64,000 nucleotides of DNA from the human T2T-CHM13v2.0 reference genome, Homo sapiens. The notes below the pieces were generated by a model. That model was not told the DNA's origin. It was given only the letters and a program-made list of their open reading frames with translations, and did not search any database. Positions 53,701 to 64,000 of this stretch are shown in pieces (position 1 is the stretch's first letter; each line of letters begins with the position of its first letter). Where the stretch lies: the NCBI RefSeq assembly GCF_009914755.1, contig NC_060931.1; one strand, 5' to 3'. The position numbers were made by a program, and so were the translations under genes.

Positions 53701-55860
53701 GGTAAGGAATGGAATAGAATGGAATGGAATCGGATGGAACGGAATGGAATGGAATGGAGTCGAGTGGAATAGAATCAAATGGAATGGCATCAGATGGAAA
53801 GGAATGGAATGGGTTGGACAGGACTCAAATGGAATGGACTCAAATGGAAAAGAATCGAATGGAATGGCATCAAATGGATTGGAGTGGAATAGCACGGAAC
53901 CAAATGTAATGGACTCGAATGGAATGGACTCAAATAGAATGGACTTGAAAGGAATGGTCTCAAATGGAAGATATTCGAATATAATGGAATCAAAAGGAAT
54001 GCAACAGTAATGAATCGAATTGAAAGAACTGAAAACGAAAGGAATGGACAAGAATGGATTGGAGTGGAATAGAACGGACTTCAATGTAACAGAATGTAAT
54101 GTAATTGAGTTGAAAGGAATGGAATCGAATGTAATGTAATCAAAAGGAATGGAATGGAATGCCATGGAATGGAAAAGAATGGAATGTAATGGAATGGAAC
54201 CGCATGGAATATAGAGGAATGGAATCGAATGGAATGGAATTGAATGGAATGCAAACAAATGGAATGGAATCGAATGGAATGCATGGGAATGGAATTGACT
54301 CGAATGGATTGGAATGGAACAAAATGGAATTGATCGGATTGGAATCAAACTGAATGGAATGGGATGGAATGGAAAGGAATGGAATGGAATGGAATGGAAT
54401 AGAATGTGATGGAATGGAATGGACTCGATTGGAATGGAGTATAATGGAATGGAACCAAATGGAACTGAATCAAAGAATTGAAGTTAATGGAATCGAAAGG
54501 GATAGAATGGAATGGAAAGGAATGAAAAGATATCAAATGGAAAGGAATGGAATGGAATGGAGTCGAATGGAACACAATCCAATGGAATGGCATCGAATAT
54601 AATGGAATGGAAGGGAATGGAATGGAATCGAATGGAATAGACTCAAATGGAATAGAATTGAATGGAATGACATTGAATGGAATGGAATGGAATGTAACCA
54701 AATGTAATGGCCTCGAACAGAATAGACAGAAATGGAATGGACTGGTAAGGAATGGTCTCGAATGGAATTTATTCGAATAGAATGGAATCGAAAGCAATGC
54801 AATAGTATGAAATGGAGTCGAATGGAATCGACTAGAATGGAATGGAATAGAACCGACTCATATGTAATGGATTGAAATGTAATTGATTCGAATGGAATGG
54901 TATTGAATGGAAAGCAACCAAATGGAATGGAATGGAATAGAATGGAATTCAATAGAATGGAACGGAGTGGAATCGAGTGGAATGGAATCAAAAGGAATGG
55001 AATCGAATGGAATGGACTGGAATAAAATGGAATTGAACGGATTGGAATTGAGCAGAATGGAAAATAATGGACTGGATTAGAATGGTCTCGAATAGAATGG
55101 AGTCGAATGGAATGGAACCAAAAGGAATGGAATTGAATGAAACGGACTGGATTGGAATGGACGCGAATGGAAAGGAAACGATTGGAATGGAATGGAATGG
55201 ATTGGAATGGAATGGAATGGAATGGAATGGAATGGAATGGAATTGGATGGAATGGAATGGAATTGAATGGAGTTGAATGGAATATAATTCAATGGAAAGG
55301 CATTGAATGGAAAGGAATGAATAGGAATGGATTGAACAGGAATAGAATTGAACGGAATGACATCAAATGCAATGGAATGGAATGCAGTGGAATGGAATGC
55401 AATGGAATGGAATGGAATGCAATGGACTCGAATGGAATGGACTCAAATAGGATGGACAAAAAAGGAATGGTCTCGAATGGAATATATTCAAAGAATGGAA
55501 TCAAATCGAATGCAATAGTATGGAATGGAATCAAATGGAATGGAATCAAAAGGAATGCACCGGAATGGAACGGAATGGAAAAGAACGGATTGGAATGTAA
55601 TGGATTGCAATCTAAATGATTTGAATGGAATGGAATTGAAAGGAATGTAATCAAATGGAATGCAATGGAGTGCAATTGCATGGAATAGAATGGAGGACAA
55701 TGGAATGGAACGGAATGCAATTGAGTGGAAATGAATCGAATGTAATGGAATCGAATGGAATGGACTGGAATGGAATGAAAAAGAATAGATTGGACTATTC
55801 TTTTAGTCCAGTTTGATAACAAAATGTTATCAAACGGATTGGAAACGAATGGATAGACAT
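35771..55860 (+). repeat. Human Satellite 3, diverged (GGAAT)n type lacking the CAACCCGAGT decamer (HSat3A-like)
   Basis: 5-bp phase (GGAAT, CGAAT, GGACT, GCAAT, GTAAT) without ATC insertions; recurrent landmark GGTCTCGAATGGAATTTATTCGAATAG; I saw no CAACCCGAGT. The subfamily label is inference. Confidence 0.9.
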
Positions 55861-58800
55861 GTAATGGAATGGAATGGAATGGAATGGAATGGAATGGAAT
55901 GGAATGGAATGGAATGGAATCAACCCGAGTAGAATGGAATGGAATGCAATGGAGTCAACCTGAATGGAATTGAATGGAATGGAATAGAATCAACCCGAGT
56001 GGAATGGAATGGAATGGAATGCAATGGAATGGAATGGAATGGAATGGAATGGATTGGAATCAACCAGAGTGGAATGGAATGGAATGGAATAAAATGGATT
56101 GGAATAGGAAGGAATGGAATGGAATAAATGCGAGTGGAATGGAATGGAATTGAATGGAATGGAGTCAACCCGAGTGGAATGGAATGGAATAGATTGGAAC
56201 GAAATGGAATGGAATGGAACGGATTCAACGTGAGTGGAATGGAATGGAATGGAATGGAATGGAATGGTATGGAATCAACCCAAGCGAAATGGACTGGAAT
56301 GTAATGAAATGGAATGGAATGGAATGGAAAGAATGGAATGGAAAGGAATGGAATAAACACGAGTGGAATAGAAAGGAATGGAATTGAACGCAATGGAATG
56401 GAATGGAATGGAATGGAATGGAATGCAAAGCAATGGAATGGAATCAATCCGAATGGAATGGAATGGAATGGAATGGAATCAACTCGAGTGGAATGGCATG
56501 AAATGGAATTGAATGGAAAGGAATGGAATGGAATCAACCTGAATGTAATGGAATGGAATGAAATGGAATGGAATGGAATGGAATGGAATGGAATGGTATG
56601 GAATGGAATCAATGCGAGTGGAATGGAATAGAATGGAATGGAATGAAATCCACCCGTGTTCAAAGGAATGGTATGAAATCAAATGGATTGTAATGGAATG
56701 GAATGGAATGGAATCAACAAGAGAGGAATGGAATGGAATGGAATGGAACGGAATGGATTGGAAAGAAAGGGAAAGGATTCACCCCGAATGGAATGGAATG
56801 GAATGGAATGAAATGGAATGGAATGGAATCAACCCGAAAGGAAGGGAATGCCGTGGAATGGAATCAACCCGAATAGAATGGCACGAAATGGAATTGAATG
56901 GAAAGGAATGGAATGGAAACTATGTGAGTGGAATGGAATGGAATGGAATGGAATCAACACGAGTGGAATGGAAAGAAATGGAATTGAAGGGAATGGAATC
57001 AACCTGAGTGGTAAGGAATGGAATGGAATGGAGTGGAATGGAAAGGAATGGAATGGAATGGAATGAAAGGGAAGGGAACCAACCAGAATGGAATGGAAAG
57101 GAAAGCAATGGAATGAAATGGAATGGAACCAAACCAAATGGAATGGAATGGAATGGAATGGGATGGAATGAAACGGAAAGGAATGGAGTTGAATAGAATG
57201 GAAGGGAATGGAATTTGATGGAATGGAATGGAATGGAATGGAATGGAATGGAATCACCGTGAGCTGAATGGAATGGATTGGAATGGAATGGAATGGAATG
57301 GAATGGAATGGAATGGAATGGACTGGAATGGAATGGAATGGAATGCAGTGGAATGCAATCAACCCTAATGGAATGGAACGGTATGGAATCAACGCGAGTG
57401 GAATGGCATGGAATGGAATTGAATGGAACGGAATGGAATGGAATCAACCCGAGTGGAATGGAGTGGAATGGAATGGAACTGAATGGAATGGAATCAACCT
57501 GAGTGGAATGGAATGGATTGGAATGGAATGGAATGGAATGGAATGGAATGGAATGGAATGGAATCAACATAAGTGGATTGGAATGGAATGAAATGGAATT
57601 GTACGGAATGGAATGAACCAGAACGGAATTGAAGAGAAAGGAATGGAATGGAATGGAATGGAATACACCCGAATGGAAAGGAACGGAATGGAAAGGAATG
57701 GAATGAAATCAACCTGAGTGGAATGGCATGGAATGGAATTGAATGGAATGGAATGGTTTGGAATCAACCAGAGTGGAATGGAATGCAATGGAATGGAATC
57801 AAACCGAGTGGAATGGAATGAAGTGGAATGGAATAAACCTGAATGGAATGGAATGGAATGGAATGGAATGGAATGGAATCAAACCCAGTGGAAGGGAATG
57901 CAATGGAATCGAATGGATTGGAATGGAATGGAATCAACGCGAGTGGAAGGGAATGGAACGGATTGGAATGTAATGGACTGGAATGGATTCAAACCGAGTG
58001 GAATGGAACGGAATGGAATGGAATGGAAAGGAATGGAATTGAAGGGAAAGGAATGGAATGGAATGGAATGGAATGGAATGGAATGGAATGGAATCAACCC
58101 TATTGGAATGGAATGCAATGGAATAGAACGGATTGGAATGGGAAGGAATGGAATGGAATTAATGCGAGTGGAATGGAATGGAATGGAATGGAATGGAATG
58201 GAATGGAATGGAATCAACCCGAGTGTAATGGAATGGAATGGATTGGAACGAAATGGAAAGGAATGGAATGGATTCAACCCGCGTGGATGGGAATGGAATG
58301 GAAAGGAAAGGAATGGAATCAACCCGTGTGGAATGGAATTGAATGGAATAGAATCAACCCGAGTGAAATGGACTGGAAATGAAAGGATTCGAATAGAATG
58401 GAGTGTAAAGGAATGGAATCAACCTGAGTGGAATGGAATGGAATGGAAAGGAATGGAATGGAATGGAATGAAATGGAATGCAATGGAATGGAATCAATAC
58501 GAATGGAATGGACTGGAATGGAATGGAATGGAATCAACTAGAGAGGAATGGCATGAAATGGAAATGAATGGAAGGGAATGGAAATGAATCAACCTGAATG
58601 TAATGGAATGGAATGAAATGGAATGGAATGGAATGGAATGGAATAGAATGGAATGGAATGGAATCAATGCGAGTGGAATGGAATGGAATGGAATGGAATG
58701 GAATGGAATGGCATCAACACTAGTGGAATGGAATGCAATGGAATCGAATGGATTGGAATGGAACGGAATGGAATGGAATCAACACGAGAGGCATGCAATG

Positions 58801-61800
58801 GAGAGGAATGGAATCAAACAGATTGGCATGGAATGGAGTGGAATGGAAGGCAATGGAATGGAAAGGAATGGAATGGATTGGAATGGGATCAACCCAAGTG
58901 GAATGTAGTGGAATGGAATGGAATGGAATGGAATGGAATGGAAGGGAATCAACCTGAGTGGAATGGAATGGAATAGAATGGAGTGGAATGTAATATAATG
59001 GATTAGAATGGAATTTAATTGAATGTAATCAAAACGAGTGTAATGGAAAGGAATGGAATGGAATGGAATCAACCCAAGTGGAATGGAATGGAAAGGAATG
59101 GAATGCAATGTAGTGGAATGGAATGGAATGGAATAGAAACAACTGGAATGTAAAAAAAAATGAAATGGAATGCAATGGAATGGAATAGAATGGAATGAAA
59201 TTGAATGGAATGGAATGGAATGGAATCAACCCAAGAAAAATGGAATACAAGGGAATGGAATGGAATGGAATGGAATGGAATGGAATGGAATGGAATGGAA
59301 TGAACCCAAGTGGAATGGAATGGAATGGAATGGAATTGAATGGATTGGACTGAAATGGAATGGAATCAAGACGAGTGGAATGGAATGGAATTGAAAGGAA
59401 TGCAATGGTATGCAATGGAACGGAATGGAATGCAATGGAATGGAAGGGAATGGAATGCAATGGAATGAAATTGACTCAACCCAAGTGGAATGCAATGGAA
59501 TGGAATATAATCAACCCGAGTGGCATGGAATGGGGTGGAATGGAATCAACACGACTGGCATGGAATGGAGTGGAATGGAATACAATGGAATGGAAAGGAA
59601 TGGAATGGAAAGGAATACAATCAACCCGAGTGGAAAGGAATGGAATGGAATGCAATGTAATGGAATCAACAAGAATGGAATGGCATGGAATGGAATGGAA
59701 TGGAATAGAGTGGAATGTAATGGAAACAACACGAGTCGAGTGGAATGGAAGGGAATGGAGTAGAAAGGAATGGAATGGATTGGAACCAACCCAAGTGGAA
59801 TAGAATGGAATGGAATGGAATGGAATGGAATGGAATGGAATGGAATGGAATGGAATGGGACGGTATAAACCCGAATGGAATGGAATGGAATGGAATGGAG
59901 TGGAACGGAAGGGAATGGAATGGAATCAAATGGAATGGAAAGAAATGGAATGGAATGCAATGGAATGGAAAGGAATGGAATGCAATTGAATGGAATGGAA
60001 TGTACTGGAATAAAAAGGAATGGAATCAACACAAGTGGAATGGAATGGAATGGAATAGAATGGAATCAACCCAAGTGGAATGGAATGTAATGGAATGGAA
60101 TGGAATGCAATGCTATAGAATGGAAGGGAATGGAATGGAATAGAATGGAATCAACCAAAGTGGAATGGAATGGAATGGAATGGAAATAAACCAGAGTGGC
60201 ATGGAATGGAGTGGAATGGAGTCAACCCGAGTGGCATGCAATGGAGTGGAATGGATTGCAATGGAATGGAAGGGAATGGAATGGAAAGGAATGGAATCAA
60301 CCCGAGTGCAATGGAATGGAAGGGAATGCAATATAATGTAATGTAATGGAATGGAATGGAATGGAATGGAATGGAATGGAATGGAATGGAATGGAATGGA
60401 ATCAACCTAAGTGGAATAGAATGGAATGAAATAGAATGCAATGGAGTGGAATGGAATTGAATGGAATGGAATCAACTGGAATGCAATGCAATGGAATGGA
60501 ATGCAATGGTATCAAATGGAATGGAATGCAATTGAATGGAATGGAATGCAATTGTAAGGATTCAACCCAAGTGGAATGGAATGGAATGGAATGGAATGGA
60601 ATGGAATGGAATGCAATGGAATGGAATCAAACCGAGTGCAACGGAAAGGATTGGAATGGAATGGAATGCAATGGAATGGAATGGAATTGAATGGAATCAA
60701 CCCGAGTGGAATGGAATGGAAGGGAATGTAAAGAATGGAATGTAATGGAAAGGAACGGAATCAACCCGAGTGGAATTGAATGGAATGGAAAGGAATGGAA
60801 TGGAAAGGAATGGAATGGAATACACGTGAAATGAATGGAATGGAATGGAATGAAATTGAAAGGAATGGTATCAACCACAGTGGAATGGAATGGAATGGAA
60901 TGCAATGCAATGGAATGGAATAAACCCGAGTGGAATGGAACTGAATGGAATGGAATGGAATGGAATGGAATGGAATGGAATGGAATGGAATGGAATGTAG
61001 AAGAATGGAATGGAATCAACCCGAGTGGAATGGAATGGAATGGAAGGAAACGGATCGGAATGGAATGGAATGGAATGGAATGGAATGGAAAGGAAAGGAA
61101 TCCACCTGATTGGAAGGGAATGGATTTGAATGTCTTGGAATGCAAAGGAATGGAATGGAATGAAACGGAATCACTCTGAGTGGACTGGAATGGAATGGAA
61201 TGGAATGGAATGGAATGGAATGGAATTGAATAGAATCAATCCGAATGGAATGGAATGGAATGGAATGGAATGGAATAGATTGGAATGGAAAGGAATGGTA
61301 TCACCCGAGTGGAATGGAATGGAATGGAATGTGAAGGAATGGAATGTAATGGAATTAACCCGAATGAAATGGAATGGAATGGAATGGAATGGAATCAACC
61401 CGAGTGGAATGGAATGGAAAGGATTGGAATGAAATGGAATTAAATGGAATGGATTCAACCCTAGTGGAATGGAATGGAATGGAATGGAAAGGAATGGATT
61501 CAACCCGTGTGGAATGGCATGGAGTGGAATAGAATCAACCCGAGTGAAATGGAGTGGAAGTGAATTTATTGGCATAGAATGGAATGGAAAGGAATGGAAT
61601 CAAACCGAGTGGAATGTAATGGAATTAACCCGAATGGAATGGAATGGAATGGAATGGAATGATATGCAGTGGAATGGATTCAATCCGAATGGAATGGAAT
61701 GGAATGGATTGGAATCAACTCGAGAGGAATGGCATGAAATGGAATTGAATGGAAGTGAATGGAGTGGAATCAACCTGAATGTAATGGAATGGAATGAAAT

Positions 61801-64000
61801 GGAAAGCAATGGAATGGAATGGAATGGAATGCAACGGAATCAACGCGAGTGTAATGGAATGGAATGAAATGGAATGGAATGGAATGGAATGGTATCAACA
61901 CTAGTGGAATGGAATGCAATGGTATCGAATGGATTGGAATGGAACGGAGTGGAATGGAATCAACCAGATTGTCATGGAATGGAGTTAAATGGAATGCAAT
62001 GGAATGGAAAGGAATGGAATGGATTGGAATGGAATCAATCCGAGTGGAATGGAGTGGAAGGGAATGGAATGGAATGGAATGGAATCAACCTGAAAGGAAT
62101 GGAATGGAATGCAATGCAATGGAATAGAATGGAATGGAATGGAATGGATCCAACCAGAATGGAATGGAATGGAATGGAATGGAATGGAATGGAATGGAAT
62201 GGAATGGAATCAACCTCTGTGGAATGGAATAGAATGGAATGCAATGGAATGGATTGGAATGGAATGGAATGGAATGGAATGGAATGGAATCAATCCGAGT
62301 GGGATGGATATGATTTGAATGGAATGGAATGGAATCATCCCGACTGCAATGAAATGGAATGAAAGGGAATGGAATGGAATGGAATGGAATGGAATGGAAT
62401 CAAACCGAGTGCAACGGAATGGATTGGAATGGAATGGAATAGAATGCAATGGAATGGAATGGAATGGAATCAACACGAGTGGAATGGAATGGAAAGGAAT
62501 GTAAAGAATGGAATGTAATGGAAAAGAATGGAATTAACCCGAGTGGAATGGAATGGAATGGAATGGAATGGAATGGAATGGAATGGAATGGAAAGGAATG
62601 GAATGGAATACACGCGAAATGAATGGAATGGAATGGAATGGAATGAAATTGAATGGAATAGTATCAACCACAGTGGAATGGAGTGGAATGGAATGGAATG
62701 CAATGCAATGGAATGGAATAAACCCAAGTGGAATGGAATGGAATGGAATGGAATGGAATGGAATGGAATGGAAAGGAAAGGAATCCTCCCGATTGGAAGG
62801 GAATGGAATTGAATGCCTTGGAATGGAAAGGAATGTAATGGAATGAAACGGAATCACCCTCAGTGGAATGGAATGGAATAGAATGGAATGGAATGGAATG
62901 GAATGGAAGGGAACGGAATGAAATGGAATGGAATGGAATTGAATAGAATCAATCCGAATGGAGTGGAATGGAGTGGAGTGGAATGGAATGGAATGGAATG
63001 GACTGGAATGGAATGGAATGGAATGGAATGGAATGCAATGGAATGGAATGGAATGGAATACAATGGAATGGAAAGGAATGGTATCACCCGAGTGGAATGG
63101 AATGGAATGGAATGTGAAGGAATGGAATGGAATGGAATTAACCCGATTGAAATGGAATGGAATGGAATGGAATGGAATGGAATGGAATCAACCCGAATGG
63201 AATGGAACGGAAAGGATTGGAACGAAATGGAATGGAATGGAATGGACTCAACCCGAGTGGAATGGAATGGAAGTGAATTTATTGGAATAGAATGGAATGG
63301 AAAGGAATAGAATCAACCCGAGTGGAATGGAATGGAATGGAAAGAAATGGAATGGAATGGAATGGAATGATATGCAATGGAATGGAATCAATCCGAATGG
63401 AATGGAATGGAATGGATTGGAATCAACTCGAGAGGAATGGCATGAAATGGAATTGAATGGAAGGGAATGTAGTGGAATCAACCTGAATATAATGGAATGG
63501 ATTAAAATGGAATGCAATGGTATGGAATGGAATGGAATGCAACGGAATCAACGCGAGTGTAATGGAATGGAATGGAATGGAATGGAATTGAATGATATCA
63601 ACAATAGTGGAATGGAATGCAATGGTATTGAATGGATTGGAATGGAATGGAGTGGAATGGAATCAACACGAGAGGCATGGAACGGAGTGGAATAAAGTCA
63701 AACAGATTGGCATGGAATGGAATTAAATGGAATACAATATAATGGAAAGGAATGGAATGGATTGGAATGGAATCAATCCGAGTGGAATGGAGTGGAAGGG
63801 AATGGAATGGAATGGAATGGAAAGGAATGGAATCAACCAGAGTGGAATGGAATGGAATAGAATGGAGTGGAATGTAATTTAATGGAAAGGAATGGAATTT
63901 AATGGAATTTAATCAAAACGAGTGGAATGGAATGGAATGGAATGGAATGGAATGGAATGGAATCAACCTAAGTGGAATGGAATGGAAAGGAATGAAATGC
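55861..64000 (+). repeat. Human Satellite 3, canonical (GGAAT)n plus CAACCCGAGT decamer type (HSat3B-like); continues beyond the window
   Basis: Eleven pure GGAAT copies at 55866-55920, first CAACCCGAGT at 55921, then decamer variants (caacccaagt, caacctgagt, caacgcgagt, caatccgaat) every few pentamers. Confidence 0.93.

Noticed and set aside
22327-63695. Hundreds of ORFs with MEWNG / IPFHS / MESSSNG repeats, up to 451 aa
   Set aside because: (GGAAT)n has no stop codon in any frame on either strand (it reads GMEWN and IPFHS), so long ORFs are expected; they overlap in all frames and show no domain content.
55921-64000. CRISPR-like look: recurrent CAACCCGAGT separated by variable-length spacers
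   Set aside because: The spacers are GGAAT pentamers, not unique sequence; this is the canonical HSat3 decamer, the DNA is primate, and there are no cas genes.
1-64000. Assignment to a specific chromosome or to the annotated KSR1P1 locus
   Set aside because: Pericentromeric duplicons and HSat arrays are typically multi-copy; species and locus cannot be fixed without alignment.

Overview
Primate (human/great-ape-type) pericentromeric transition zone, not a gene-dense or prokaryotic locus. In order: (1) 1-251, a CATTT/CATCATTT simple repeat. (2) ~252-3416, moderately GC-rich sequence with old interspersed repeats and, on the minus strand, a gap-free but decayed copy of the first coding exon of KSR1 with an intact GT splice donor (an unprocessed, segmental-duplication-type pseudo-exon). 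(3) ~3417-4568, a CpG-rich ~22-bp GGGGGCAAAAAGCCGCGGCGGC tandem repeat. (4) ~4570-22280, AT-rich sequence full of ancient elements (Alu, L1MB/L1M, L2, MIR, Tigger3a, MER21, LTR16). (5) ~42 kb of classical satellite in three co-oriented blocks: HSat2-type (~22281-35770), diverged HSat3 without the CAACCCGAGT decamer (~35771-55860) and HSat3 with it (~55861-64000). I can support no intact protein-coding gene, RNA gene or CRISPR array; nearly all ORFs in the track are stop-free readings of tandem repeats. I did not find a convincing new biological system. The most notable signals are a cluster of perfect fold-back inverted repeats at the HSat3/HSat3 subfamily junction, nested higher-order periodicities in the satellites, and the KSR1 exon abutting a CpG-rich repeat. 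Family assignments are by eye from remembered consensus sequences, not database searches.
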